A stretch of DNA of 64,000 nucleotides, taken from contig JAWXUF010000001.1 in assembly GCA_044432865.1 (NCBI GenBank), positions 2,786 to 66,785 on the forward strand. The letters are read 5' to 3'. This DNA is from a bacterium (GTDB lineage Bacteria; Bacillota_I; Bacilli_A; Acholeplasmatales; Anaeroplasmataceae). Made by a program: the position numbers and the translations under genes. The notes under the pieces were generated by a model that saw only the letters and a list, made by a program, of their open reading frames with translations, was not told the DNA's origin and searched no databases. Positions 1 through 9,902 of the stretch are shown here, in pieces (the stretch's first letter is position 1; each line of letters opens with the position of its first letter).

Positions 1-1
1 A

Positions 2-640
2 AAAACTGACAATATAATCAAACCATATAGTAATTACAGTGAAAAAAATATTAATAAAAAAGAATTTTGTAATGAGTACAATTTAAACGATAATATGTTG
101 TGTAGTTTGATTAGTAGGTTATGTGATCAAAAAGGAATAGAATTATTAATTGATTCTATAGATCATATCATGGAAAATAGTGATGTCAATTTATTCCTAA
201 TGGGTTCAGGTGATATGAATTATGTTGAACAACTAAATTACTTTGCAATTAAATATCCTAGTAGAGTCAAAGTATATATAGGATACAATGAAGAATTATC
301 TCATAAAGTTTATGCAAGCAGTGATATGTTGTTTGTCCCTTCAAAGTTTGAGCCATGTGGATTGACACAATTAATTGCTATGCGTTATGGTACTATACCA
401 TTAGTAAGAGAAACAGGTGGATTAAAAGATACAGTAATACCTTTTAACATCCACAACAAAACTGGATGTGGATTTACTTTCAAAGAATTTACTTCTTCTT
501 CGTTTAAGGAAGTATTCAATCTAGCCTTTCAAACTTATCAAAACAAAGAAATATGGGAAGTACTTTCAAAAAATGCAATGAATAACGATTTCAGTTTTGA
601 GGCAAGTGCAAATGAATATTTAAAAATTTATAATAAATAA
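2..640 (+). CDS. glgA: Glycogen synthase, C-terminal part (5' end lies outside the window)
   Basis: Frame 2 is open from the window edge with no stop before the track ORF at 95. The translation (SRLCDQKGIELL ... PSKFEPCGLTQLIAMRYGTIPLVRETGGLKDTV) matches the conserved C-terminal core of ADP-glucose glycogen synthases. glgC follows 11 nt downstream. Confidence 0.85.
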   Translation, partial: KTDNIIKPYSNYSEKNINKKEFCNEYNLNDNMLCSLISRLCDQKGIELLIDSIDHIMENSDVNLFLMGSGDMNYVEQLNYFAIKYPSRVKVYIGYNEELSHKVYASSDMLFVPSKFEPCGLTQLIAMRYGTIPLVRETGGLKDTVIPFNIHNKTGCGFTFKEFTSSSFKEVFNLAFQTYQNKEIWEVLSKNAMNNDFSFEASANEYLKIYNK

Positions 641-651
641 AGGGGAATATT

Positions 652-1881
652 ATGGAAACTTTAGCATTAATTTTAGCAGGTGGGAGAGGATCTCGTCTAG
701 ATATACTATCAGAAAGACGTTCAAAACCAGCAGTACCTTTTGCTGGGAAATTTAGAATTATTGATTTTGTATTAAGTAACTGTTGTAACTCAGGAATATA
801 TCAAATTGGTATTTTAACTCAATATTTACCTTTATCATTAAATGAACATATTGGAGTTGGAAAACCATGGGATTTAGATCGTAGAGATAGTTCTATCTCA
901 CTTCTTCAACCTCATAACAATTGGTACGAAGGTACAGCAGATGCTGTAAAGAAAAATATTGAATTCATTAAAAGGAATAATCCAAAAAGAGTATTGATAT
1001 TATCAGGAGATCATATCTATAAAATGGATTACTCTAAACTTATAAAAGAACATGAAAATAGAAATGCAGATGTAACAATAGCTGCAAAAATAGTTGATTT
1101 AAGTGAAGCTAATAGATTTGGAATTTTAGAATCAGATGACAATAATAAAATATATAATTTCATTGAAAAACCAGAACATCCAACATCAAATAAAGCTTCA
1201 ATGGGTATTTACTTATTTAATACTGAAGTATTATTAGAAGCATTAAACTCTTATAATATAAGTGATTTAGACTTCGGAAATCATATAATACCTGATTTAA
1301 TAAAAAATAAAAATGTGTACTCTTATGACTTTAATGATTACTGGAAGGATGTAGGTACATATGATTCATATCTAGAATGTAATCTAGAACTTGCTAATGC
1401 AAGTAATTCATTAGATTTATATCATCCTTCATGGAAAATATATACAAAGAGTGAAGATTTAGCACCGGTTAAATTTGGTGATAAAGCTACTGTTAATGGT
1501 TCACTAATTTCAAATGGTTCAGTTATTGATGGAACACTAGAGAATTGTGTTTTAAGTCCAGGAGTTGTTGTTAACAGTGGATGTTTACTGAAAAATTGTG
1601 TTATATTGAACAATGTAATAATTGGTAAAAATTGTGTTATTGAAAATACTGTTATTGATAAGGATGTAAATATTGGTGATAACTGCATAATAGGATTTGG
1701 TACAAATCTTATTCCAAATGAAGAAATACCTGGTGTTTTATCTAGCGGTATTAATATAATTGGAAAAAATGCAAAAATTCCTTCTTCTACAACTATTATG
1801 AGAAATTGTAGAATTTGTTCTTCTTCAACTCATGAATCATTTAATACTGATGTAATTACAAGCGGTTCAACAATAAGATAA
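652..1881 (+). CDS. glgC: Glucose-1-phosphate adenylyltransferase
   Basis: 409 aa. It has the N-terminal LAGGRGSRL ... PAVPFAGKFRIIDF nucleotidyltransferase motif, C-terminal hexapeptide-like repeats (NCVL/NCVI/NVII/NCII), and an AGGGGA RBS upstream. Confidence 0.85.
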   Translation: METLALILAGGRGSRLDILSERRSKPAVPFAGKFRIIDFVLSNCCNSGIYQIGILTQYLPLSLNEHIGVGKPWDLDRRDSSISLLQPHNNWYEGTADAVKKNIEFIKRNNPKRVLILSGDHIYKMDYSKLIKEHENRNADVTIAAKIVDLSEANRFGILESDDNNKIYNFIEKPEHPTSNKASMGIYLFNTEVLLEALNSYNISDLDFGNHIIPDLIKNKNVYSYDFNDYWKDVGTYDSYLECNLELANASNSLDLYHPSWKIYTKSEDLAPVKFGDKATVNGSLISNGSVIDGTLENCVLSPGVVVNSGCLLKNCVILNNVIIGKNCVIENTVIDKDVNIGDNCIIGFGTNLIPNEEIPGVLSSGINIIGKNAKIPSSTTIMRNCRICSSSTHESFNTDVITSGSTIR

Positions 1882-1916
1882 AAAAATATAGGTCTATATT
1901 AGACCTATATTTTTTC
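1881..1916. terminator. Bidirectional Rho-independent terminator between glgC (+) and the hydrolase gene (-)
   Basis: 10-bp stem atataggtct/agacctatat (1886..1895 and 1901..1910), flanked by an A-run upstream and a T-run downstream. Confidence 0.7.
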
Positions 1917-2805
1917 TTATAAATTGATTTACATCATTAAATACTTCTTCTTTGTTAAATTCATTAACTAATTCATGTCTAGCTCCAGGATATAATTTCA
2001 TTTCCACATTATTAGCTTTTTGTTCTAAATGTTTATAGATATATTTAATTTCTTTCCCGTTACCACCAACTACGTCTTCATCTCCACTTATAAGATAAAT
2101 TGGTAATTCAAAATTTTTATACCATTTTTTTGAATTGGAATTTTTTGATAGTTTTAATAAATCATTGTATGCTTTAGCAGAAAATTTAATTCTACAATAC
2201 TTATCATTAATATATCCATTGTATATTTCAGTATCTCTAGTCAACCATTCAACACCAGTATTATCTTTAGTTTTCTTACTAAAATTACCCATTATAAGTT
2301 TGTATAAAAACTTTGAAACATATTTCTTACCTTTTACTTTAGAAATAACAGATGATAACATTATCCCAGAAGATGCTAGAGAGTTTTTCCCACCAGTACC
2401 ACAAATGATTATTCCATCAATCTCTTTAGAATACTTACTCAGATAACATCTTGATACAAAAGAACCCATACTATGACCAAATACAAAGTATGGTACATTG
2501 TTATATTTTTCTTTAATTAAACAAATCAATAAATGTAAATCTTCACTTAAATGTTTATCACCATTTTTTTCTGAGAAAAATCCATAAGTTCCATTCAAAT
2601 CACCTGTTAAACCATGACCAAGATGATCATGTCCAACAACCATTATTTTTTGTTCATTTAAGTATTTAATGAAGTGTTCATATCTTTTTATATATTCGCA
2701 CATTCCATGAGTAATATGCATTATCGCTATAGGATTTTCAATTTCATAAACATAATAAGCAACTTCATTAATACCATTACTACTTTTAAACTTACTAATT
2801 TCCAT
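1894..2805 (-). CDS. Alpha/beta hydrolase (lysophospholipase / monoacylglycerol-lipase-like)
   Basis: 303 aa with an HG oxyanion motif (HITHGMCEY) and the nucleophile elbow GHSMGS. The late D and H (GDEDVV, ARHEL) are consistent with a Ser-Asp-His triad. Confidence 0.7.
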   Translation of the reverse strand: MEISKFKSSNGINEVAYYVYEIENPIAIMHITHGMCEYIKRYEHFIKYLNEQKIMVVGHDHLGHGLTGDLNGTYGFFSEKNGDKHLSEDLHLLICLIKEKYNNVPYFVFGHSMGSFVSRCYLSKYSKEIDGIIICGTGGKNSLASSGIMLSSVISKVKGKKYVSKFLYKLIMGNFSKKTKDNTGVEWLTRDTEIYNGYINDKYCRIKFSAKAYNDLLKLSKNSNSKKWYKNFELPIYLISGDEDVVGGNGKEIKYIYKHLEQKANNVEMKLYPGARHELVNEFNKEEVFNDVNQFIRKNIGLI

Positions 2806-2820
2806 AAAAATCTCCCTTTT

Positions 2821-2858
2821 AAAAAATAATAAGTCTAAGGAAATCCTTAGACTTATTA
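2821..2858 (-). terminator. Terminator after degV
   Basis: 14-bp stem (2827..2840 and 2845..2858, taataagtctaagg/ccttagacttatta), followed on the minus strand by TTTTTT. Confidence 0.75.
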
Positions 2859-2862
2859 AATA

Positions 2863-3735
2863 TTATTTTTCTTTCCCAACGAAGAATAAAGTCATTGCAT
2901 CAGGACCAGTATGAGCTCCGATTACAGGACCAATATTTGTTAAGATAAAGTTTGAAATTCCAAATTTACTTTCAATATCATTTTTTAATTGTTCTGCTTC
3001 TTCTAAACAATCACCATGAGCAATAATAATTACATCATTTTCTTCAACAATGATTCTTTGTTCCATTTCAGCAATCAAAGTTGTTAATGAAGTGTCTCTA
3101 CCTCTTTTTTTACCTTTAGCAACTAATTTACCTTCTTCACTAATATGTAAAATCGGTTTAATTTTTAATGCATTAGCAATAAATGCAGCAGCATTTGATA
3201 ATCTTCCACCACGTTTTAAAGTATCAATATCACTTACAGTAAACCAAGCACAAACTTTTTCTTTGAACTTTTCAGTTTTTTCAAAATTTTCTTCTAATGA
3301 TAATCCTTCTTTTTTGAATTTATTAGCATAGTATACTAATAATCCTTCTCCAGCACTAGCTAATTTAGAATCAATTACTTTAACATTAGCATCAGGATGA
3401 GTTTCTTTTAATACTTCTAATCCTAATCTTACTGAGTTAAATGTACCACTTAAAGCACTAGAAAAACAAATATATAATATATCTAATCCTTTTTCAACGA
3501 AAGGTGTAATAGCTTCTAAAAATTCTTCTGAATTTATTTGAGCAGTAACAGGTTGTTTACCTTTTCTCATAGCATCATAAAAGTCTTTTGTTGATAATTC
3601 TCTCTCATCTAAATAATTTTTATAATCTTTACCTTCTAAGGTGAAAGTTAATGGTAAAACTTCAATATTATTTTCTTTAACAAAACTATCTGGTAAATCT
3701 GTAGTTGAATCAGTAAATATAATGTAATCTTTCAT
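2863..3735 (-). CDS. DegV family fatty-acid-binding protein
   Basis: 290 aa with a typical DegV N-terminus (IIFTDSTTDLP) and C-terminus (GPVIGAHTGPDAM). Confidence 0.85.
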   Translation of the reverse strand: MKDYIIFTDSTTDLPDSFVKENNIEVLPLTFTLEGKDYKNYLDERELSTKDFYDAMRKGKQPVTAQINSEEFLEAITPFVEKGLDILYICFSSALSGTFNSVRLGLEVLKETHPDANVKVIDSKLASAGEGLLVYYANKFKKEGLSLEENFEKTEKFKEKVCAWFTVSDIDTLKRGGRLSNAAAFIANALKIKPILHISEEGKLVAKGKKRGRDTSLTTLIAEMEQRIIVEENDVIIIAHGDCLEEAEQLKNDIESKFGISNFILTNIGPVIGAHTGPDAMTLFFVGKEK

Positions 3736-3739
3736 TTTT

Positions 3740-4591
3740 TTATTCTCCCTTATTTCTTATAATTTTAATTTCTTCTTTATATGGTGCAACCCCATCAATA
3801 TATGGTGTTTCTAAAATTTTAGGTATGTTAGCAAAATCTTCGTCATAACAAACTTTTAATAAAGTTTCTAATCCAATATTTCCTACTCCTAAATTTTCAT
3901 GGCGATCTTTTTGAGCTCCCATTACATTTTTTGAATCATTTAAATGAATAGCATTTAAATATTTCAGTCCAATAATAGTATCAAACTCTTTTTTCACTCC
4001 ATCATAGTCATTAACTAAATCATATCCACTATCATGTATATGACATGTATCTAAGCATACACCAATTCTTTTTTTATCATTAATCAAATCAATAATTTGT
4101 TTGACTTCTTTAAAGTTTCTACCAACTTCTGTACCTTTTCCACTCATTGTTTCAAGTGCAATAACAACATCTAAATCTTTTGTATTATCATTTATCTTAT
4201 TTATTACAAAAGCAATATTTTTAATCGTTTCAGTTAAATCATTTTTTAAAGTATTACCAGGATGTAAAACTAAAATTTTACTTCCCATAGCATAAGTTCT
4301 TTTTACTTCTTCAGTTAAAAAAGAAATAGCAAAATCTCTTTTATCTTCAAGAAAAGTTCCAGGATTAACAATGTAAGGAGCATGTACTACAACATTTTTA
4401 AGGTCAATGTTATTTTCACTCATTAATTGATGAGCTTCTTCAATTCTTAACTCTTCAATTTTTTTTCTTGCTGTATTTTGTGGAGCGCCAGTATATATCA
4501 TAAATGCTGTTGCACCATAATTGATAGCTTCTTTAACAGATCCAAGCATCATTTCTTTTCCATTCATAGAAACATGACTTCCAATTATCAT
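3740..4591 (-). CDS. nfo: Deoxyribonuclease IV (endonuclease IV)
   Basis: 283 aa with AP-endonuclease family 2 signatures: GSHVS, HAPYIVN, ALETMSGKG, CLDTCH, HLNDSK. Confidence 0.9.
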   Translation of the reverse strand: MIIGSHVSMNGKEMMLGSVKEAINYGATAFMIYTGAPQNTARKKIEELRIEEAHQLMSENNIDLKNVVVHAPYIVNPGTFLEDKRDFAISFLTEEVKRTYAMGSKILVLHPGNTLKNDLTETIKNIAFVINKINDNTKDLDVVIALETMSGKGTEVGRNFKEVKQIIDLINDKKRIGVCLDTCHIHDSGYDLVNDYDGVKKEFDTIIGLKYLNAIHLNDSKNVMGAQKDRHENLGVGNIGLETLLKVCYDEDFANIPKILETPYIDGVAPYKEEIKIIRNKGE

Positions 4592-5916
4592 CGACGTTTT
4601 TTCCCTTCATTTTTTTGAATTTTTTTAGCAATTTTATTTGCTTCTTCATTCATTTTTTTCTTATACCCAGGAGTAACCTTCTTAGGTTTTGCAATCATTT
4701 TTTTAGCAGTTATAATTTCTTTTTTAACAGGAGCTATACGGTTTTGTCTTACGTTTCGCCCTTTATATGGAGCAAATTCCCCATGTTTAATATCTACATA
4801 TTCAAAAGTTACACCTCTATTTTCAAGGTTATTTAAATATGTATTATTCATGCTATCATATAAACTATAGCAAATACCATCAAAGTACATTCTACCTGTT
4901 CTACCAGAACGATGAATATAAAATTCGAAATCTCTTGGAAGTTCGTAGTTAATTATGTGACTTACACCTTCAATATCAATCCCTCTAGCAACCATATCTG
5001 ATGCTATAATATATTGATATTTTAATGATGCAATTTCATTCATTACTCTTTTTCTTTCTCTAGGACTCATATTACCATGAATTGTTGTACAGTTATATCC
5101 TTTAGATTTAATTGTTTGGTATAGTTGTTCAACAGTTTCTTTCTTATTTGCAAATATAATAGCTAGATATGGATTAATTATTTTCATCATATTATCTAAA
5201 ATAACATCTTTTTCTCTATTTCTAATTGGAATTAAATAATGAGTTATTTTTAATGATGATACATCTTTTTTATCTATTTGTATTTTAACTGTATTTGGAA
5301 TAAACTTTTTTATTACAGGTTCTATTTGTTCACTAATTGTAGCACTAAATAACATTTTTTTAGCATTTTTAAATTTATCTTGAATTTCTAATATTTCTTC
5401 AAGGAAACTATCAGCTACCATATCCGCCTCATCAATAACAAAGTATTTAGCATCATGAATTTTCAACTGATTAAAAGAAATTGATAATTCTTTAATTTTA
5501 TTTGGTGTAGCAATAACAATTTGAGGATGATTAACTTTTAGTTTCTCAACTTCTCTTTTAATATCAGAAGTTGCTGTGAAACATTTAATTTTGATTGCCT
5601 CTCCACTAAATGATGCTAAGTGAGATGCTTTTTTATAAATTTGTGTTGCTAACTCATTTGTTGGAGCAACAATTACTGCCTGACAAGTTTGATCTAATGC
5701 GTCTAAATCATTAAAGATAGGAATTAAGAAAGCATGTGTTTTACCGCTTCCCGTTTTACTCATTGCTATAATGTTACGATCTGATTTGTTTTCTCTTAAT
5801 ATTTCTTTTTGAATTTCCATTAATTCTTTAAACTTTAAATCATTAAGAGCACTTGTAATATACTTTTTAAATTCGAATTGATAATTTACCAATGGTATCA
5901 CTCCTTTGTCATTCAA
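4588..5916 (-). CDS. cshB: DEAD-box ATP-dependent RNA helicase (CshB-like)
   Basis: It carries the motifs SKTGSGKTHAF, VIDEADMV, SAT and HRSGRTGR, plus a basic tail (KPKKVTPGYKKKM ... KKRR) like the B. subtilis CshB tail as I recall it. The start is uncertain: an AAAGGAG RBS favours the in-frame TTG at 5892 over the track start (TTG at 5916). Confidence 0.85.
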   Translation of the reverse strand: MNDKGVIPLVNYQFEFKKYITSALNDLKFKELMEIQKEILRENKSDRNIIAMSKTGSGKTHAFLIPIFNDLDALDQTCQAVIVAPTNELATQIYKKASHLASFSGEAIKIKCFTATSDIKREVEKLKVNHPQIVIATPNKIKELSISFNQLKIHDAKYFVIDEADMVADSFLEEILEIQDKFKNAKKMLFSATISEQIEPVIKKFIPNTVKIQIDKKDVSSLKITHYLIPIRNREKDVILDNMMKIINPYLAIIFANKKETVEQLYQTIKSKGYNCTTIHGNMSPRERKRVMNEIASLKYQYIIASDMVARGIDIEGVSHIINYELPRDFEFYIHRSGRTGRMYFDGICYSLYDSMNNTYLNNLENRGVTFEYVDIKHGEFAPYKGRNVRQNRIAPVKKEIITAKKMIAKPKKVTPGYKKKMNEEANKIAKKIQKNEGKKRR

Positions 5917-6014
5917 ACTATTTTATCATTTTTTATTTATTTTTACAACTGAATAAACTATAATATTAATATGTTTATAAATAAAGTTATGATTTTACGG
6001 AAGGAATGTTTGAT

Positions 6015-6854
6015 ATGAAGATTGAAAAAATAAATCCACATGGATATTGCGGTGGTGTAATTAAAGCATTAAACACAACATTAGAAGCTATCAACTCTGC
6101 ACCAAAACCAATCTATATGATTGGTAAAGTAATTCATAATGATATTGTATGTAATGAACTTGAAAAACAAGGTTTAATAATAAAAACAAATGAAAAATGT
6201 GATGCTATAAATGAAATAGAAAATGGTACAGTAATATTCACAGCTCATGGTACAGATGAAAAATTAATTGATATTGCTAATAATAAAAACTTAAATGTTA
6301 TTAATACAGTTTGTAGTAAAGTTTCTATAATTCATAGAAATATTAAAAAGCATTTAGAAAGTCACACAATTCTTTACATCGGAGTAAAGTCTCACCCTGA
6401 ATGTGAAGCAATATTATCCATTAGTAACGACATTATTTTAATTAACGATGTTAATGATTTAAACCTTTTAGATAAAAGTAAAAAGTATTACATAACTAAC
6501 CAAACGACGCTATCATTACTAAAATTAAATTCACTATATGATTATGCAAAAAACAATTTTAAGGATATTACAATTGATAATAAAATATGTTTGGCAACTA
6601 CAAAAAGACAAGAAGGCGTACTAAATACAAATGCTGATTTCATCATTGTCGTTGGAGATAAAAAGAGTTCAAATACAAACGAACTATATAATTTATCAAA
6701 GCAAAAATGTGATAGTATTTTGGTTAGTGAATGTAGTGAAATTACTAACATAAATCTATCACAATATAATAATATTAAAATAACAAGTGGAGCTTCTACT
6801 CCCGAATATATAGTTGATGAGATTATAGAATTTATAAATAAAACTTACTTATAA
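6015..6854 (+). CDS. ispH: 4-hydroxy-3-methylbut-2-enyl diphosphate reductase
   Basis: LytB/IspH pattern with conserved Cys contexts (HGYCGGV, TVCSKV, KICLATTKRQ). A GGAAGGA RBS at 5999..6005 favours the ATG at 6015 over 6006. Confidence 0.9.
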   Translation: MKIEKINPHGYCGGVIKALNTTLEAINSAPKPIYMIGKVIHNDIVCNELEKQGLIIKTNEKCDAINEIENGTVIFTAHGTDEKLIDIANNKNLNVINTVCSKVSIIHRNIKKHLESHTILYIGVKSHPECEAILSISNDIILINDVNDLNLLDKSKKYYITNQTTLSLLKLNSLYDYAKNNFKDITIDNKICLATTKRQEGVLNTNADFIIVVGDKKSSNTNELYNLSKQKCDSILVSECSEITNINLSQYNNIKITSGASTPEYIVDEIIEFINKTYL

Positions 6855-7939
6855 ATTTCATATACATTAAAAAGTGTTATTTTAATTGTTTCTTCAAGAT
6901 TTTTTAGATTCCCTAATGTAACTCCTACTAATCTAAGTTTTTCTTCTTTATAATTCATTTCAAGTAAATCTTCAACACAATTATTAATAACAGATAATTC
7001 ATCTGTATAATCTATTGTAATAGATCTGGTAATTGTTTTAAACATTACATCTCTTAATGTTATAGTAATTGTACGTGTTCTCATATTTAACATTTCTAAT
7101 TGATTGACAAGTTCTTTTGTTTGTACAATCATTTGATTTAATATATCATCAAATGTATCTAATGGTTTATCAAATGTTTGAGAATGTGATATTGATTTAG
7201 ATTTAGCAACAGGTGGTTCTACACTATCTGTTGAGTTTCCATTTAATTTTTCAATAAATCCATTATAAATTTCTTCACTAATTATTTTAGTTATATAGTA
7301 TTTATTTTTTTCATCTACGAAATCTTTAACAGTATGAATATTTAGAAAGTGAAGTTTTTCACTAGTTTTCTTTCCTATACCATATACTTCTTCTACTTGA
7401 AAAGATGATAATACACTCAATGCATCTCTTTTCCTTAATACTGTTATACCCATAGGTTTTTTTAAGTCGCTTGCCATTTTAGCAAGAAAAAGTGTTGGAG
7501 CAATACCAATTGAACATTCCAAATCTAATTCATTTTTAACTCTATTTTGAATTATTTGAGCATACTCAATTGGATGAATATTATTCCCCAATGTTTCATT
7601 AGTAACATCTAAGTAACCTTCATCTATTGATGTTATTAATAATTTAGAAGAATACTCACTAAGAATATCGAAAAACATCTCGGAATATTTTTCATAATTT
7701 GAATATTCAGGAGAAACAACAATCAATGTCTTCAACTTCTTATATGCATCTATTAATGGCATACCAGATTTAACTCCATATTTTCTTGCTTGATAAGACG
7801 CAGTTGATACAACACCTTTCAATGAATTTTCTCTACCTATTGCAAAAGGCTTACCTTTTAATGAAGGGTTTAATTTAACTGCAACTGCACAAAAAAATTG
7901 ATTTAAATCAATATGAAAGATTACTTTAACTTTTTTCAT
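6845..7939 (-). CDS. dinB: DNA polymerase IV (Y-family)
   Basis: 364 aa with IFHIDLNQFFCAV and SIDEGYLDV catalytic motifs and a typical little-finger region. Its 3' end overlaps ispH convergently by 10 nt. Confidence 0.9.
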   Translation of the reverse strand: MKKVKVIFHIDLNQFFCAVAVKLNPSLKGKPFAIGRENSLKGVVSTASYQARKYGVKSGMPLIDAYKKLKTLIVVSPEYSNYEKYSEMFFDILSEYSSKLLITSIDEGYLDVTNETLGNNIHPIEYAQIIQNRVKNELDLECSIGIAPTLFLAKMASDLKKPMGITVLRKRDALSVLSSFQVEEVYGIGKKTSEKLHFLNIHTVKDFVDEKNKYYITKIISEEIYNGFIEKLNGNSTDSVEPPVAKSKSISHSQTFDKPLDTFDDILNQMIVQTKELVNQLEMLNMRTRTITITLRDVMFKTITRSITIDYTDELSVINNCVEDLLEMNYKEEKLRLVGVTLGNLKNLEETIKITLFNVYEIYK

Positions 7940-8023
7940 AAAAAAACCCTTTCTTTTTTTAAGTTTTTATATTATAATATTATTACTTATTTAAGAAATA
8001 TTATAACATAAAAGGTGATTATT

Positions 8024-8170
8024 ATGAAGAATACAAATAAAAAAGAAGTAAAAAAAATTAAAAGTCCAACAGAAATGTTAATAACTAAAATTTTAATTTG
8101 GGTATTATTAGGTGCTATGGTTATCATTCCTGTAGTAAGTTTAGTAATATTACTTAGATCAGCATTTTAA
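8024..8170 (+). CDS. Small (48 aa) Lys-rich single-pass membrane protein, below the ORF-track cutoff
   Basis: ATG at 8024 lies 5 nt after an AAAGGTGA RBS. The product is MKNTNKKEVKKIKSPTEMLITKILIWVLLGAMVIIPVVSLVILLRSAF, and a GC-containing hairpin terminator follows directly. Confidence 0.4.
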   Translation: MKNTNKKEVKKIKSPTEMLITKILIWVLLGAMVIIPVVSLVILLRSAF

Positions 8171-8176
8171 TAAATG

Positions 8177-8212
8177 AAAAACCCCTTCAATTAATGAAGG
8201 GGTTTTATTTTT
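8177..8212. terminator. Bidirectional terminator between the 48-aa ORF (+) and the rubrerythrin-BFD gene (-)
   Basis: Stem ccccttca/tgaagggg (8182..8189 and 8195..8202) extended by A:T pairs, with A-run and T-run flanks. Confidence 0.75.
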
Positions 8213-8827
8213 TTAGATTAATTTTTCAATTCTTTTTTTACATCCACCACATGCAGTTCCTGCTTTAGTAGCTTTCATAACTTTTTCTAAAGTATCTGCT
8301 CCATTAGCAATTGCTTCTTTAACAGTAGATTCTTTAATATTGTAGCAATGACAAATTACTTTATCTTCTACTTCTTCAATAACGCTAGAAGTATTAAAAT
8401 ATCTTTCTAACATACTTTCTAAAGCTTTTCCATGTCTTGCTTCATCTTTACACATTTCATGTACTGAATCATGAATAGCATCATGTCCATCTTGTTTAGC
8501 TAAAGTAGCGATATGTTTTTTACCAGCACATGCTCCATTTTCACCATTAACCATTTTTAATAAGTTAGCTTTAGTATCAGCAAATACTAATTCTCCTAAC
8601 ATTTCTTGGAATCTTGATGCATGTTCTGCCTCTTCCCAAGCAATATTTCTTAAAACCATTGCAACTTCTGGATAACCTTCTCTATCAGCTTGTCTAGCCA
8701 TAGCTAAATACATACCAACTTCTTGACATTCTCCATTGAAATTGTCTCTTAAACCTTTTTTAATTTCTTCCGATGCACTACTAGCGTTTCCTAGTACGTG
8801 TTCATCTGCCCATGATAATTTTTTCAT
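8213..8827 (-). CDS. Ferritin-like diiron (rubrerythrin-type) protein fused to a BFD-like [2Fe-2S]-binding domain
   Basis: Diiron ligand pattern (E..EH twice: [20 protein letters not shown]). The C-terminus CHCYNI ... AGTACGGC fits the BFD-like Cys4 pattern. A GAGGT RBS favours the ATG at 8827 over 8839. Confidence 0.7.
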   Translation of the reverse strand: MKKLSWADEHVLGNASSASEEIKKGLRDNFNGECQEVGMYLAMARQADREGYPEVAMVLRNIAWEEAEHASRFQEMLGELVFADTKANLLKMVNGENGACAGKKHIATLAKQDGHDAIHDSVHEMCKDEARHGKALESMLERYFNTSSVIEEVEDKVICHCYNIKESTVKEAIANGADTLEKVMKATKAGTACGGCKKRIEKLI

Positions 8828-8896
8828 TTTGTACCTCATTTCCTTTTCAAGATATTATAACATTATACGACAATAAATTCAATTAAATTTTAAAAT

Positions 8897-8934
8897 AAAA
8901 AAAGCAAATCCAATCAAAGAATGGATTTGCTTTT
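8897..8934 (-). terminator. Terminator after spo0A
   Basis: 9-bp stem gcaaatcca/tggatttgc (8904..8912 and 8922..8930). On the minus strand a run of seven T follows. Confidence 0.75.
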
Positions 8935-9750
8935 TTATCGTGTTATTGTTGTTACATTATTGTTATTACTTGTAACTTTATGTGCTAGTCTAAGTTTGTC
9001 AGCTAGCATTGCAATAAATTCTGAATTTGTTGGTTTTGATTTATTATAACTAATAGTATAACTGAAAATAGATGAAATTGCATCAACGTTACCTCTATTC
9101 CATGCTACTTCAATTGCATGTCTTATAGCTCTTTCAGTTCTTGATGATGTTGTTTTATATTTCTTTGCAATTACAGGATATAAAACTTTAGTTATAGAAC
9201 CAAGTATTTCAATATTATTGTATACCATAGAAATTGATTCTCTTAAATATAGATACCCTTTAATGTGAGCTGGCACTCCAATCTCATGTAAAATCGCTGT
9301 GATTTCAGTATCTAAATCCACATATCCTGCCGATTGATTATTAAAAGAAATAACTTCTCCTTTTTTACTAACAGCAGGTCTAACAACTTCATTTATAATA
9401 TTTAAAACAGTTGGTAATTCAACAGGTTTAATTACAAAGTAATCAGCTCCTAAATCAGAAACTTTACTCATTATACTTTCACTATTAAATGCTGTAAGCA
9501 TAATTATTTTACTTGGTTTATTATATTTTGTTGGATTATTTTTAATCTCTTGTAATACTGATACACCATCTGTTTCTGGCATAAATACGTCTAATAGTAA
9601 TAAATCTACTTTGTTTGTTTCTAAAAAAGATAATACACTTTTCCCCGATGTGAATGTTGAAATAATCTCGATATCTTTTTGAACTCCTAAGAATTCTTCT
9701 AATAGTAATGATAATTCTTTATTATCATCTGCAATAATTATTTTTGTCAT
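8935..9750 (-). CDS. spo0A: Sporulation master response regulator Spo0A
   Basis: Receiver domain (IIADDN ... [13 protein letters not shown]) plus the Spo0A-specific C-terminal DNA-binding domain ([12 protein letters not shown] ... [18 protein letters not shown]). It is adjacent to spoIVB, as in bacilli and clostridia. Confidence 0.95.
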   Translation of the reverse strand: MTKIIIADDNKELSLLLEEFLGVQKDIEIISTFTSGKSVLSFLETNKVDLLLLDVFMPETDGVSVLQEIKNNPTKYNKPSKIIMLTAFNSESIMSKVSDLGADYFVIKPVELPTVLNIINEVVRPAVSKKGEVISFNNQSAGYVDLDTEITAILHEIGVPAHIKGYLYLRESISMVYNNIEILGSITKVLYPVIAKKYKTTSSRTERAIRHAIEVAWNRGNVDAISSIFSYTISYNKSKPTNSEFIAMLADKLRLAHKVTSNNNNVTTITR

Positions 9751-9895
9751 TTTAAAATCCCCTTTTCCTTTTCAACCTTATATTAATACATAGAAAATTA
9801 AATATCAACAGCAGTTTCTACAATTGCTTATTATTTCTAATATAACATTTTATTTCAACATAATGGTTGTAAATTGGCTGTAAAGAGTTTTTTGA

Positions 9896-9902
9896 TTCGA
9901 CA
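9896..9902 (-). promoter_or_regulatory. Candidate Spo0A box (TGTCGAA) in the spo0A upstream region
   Basis: The plus strand reads TTCGACA at 9896..9902, which is TGTCGAA on the spo0A coding strand, about 150 nt upstream of the start codon. The 7-mer is expected a handful of times by chance in 64 kb (rough estimate), so only the location is suggestive. Confidence 0.35.
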
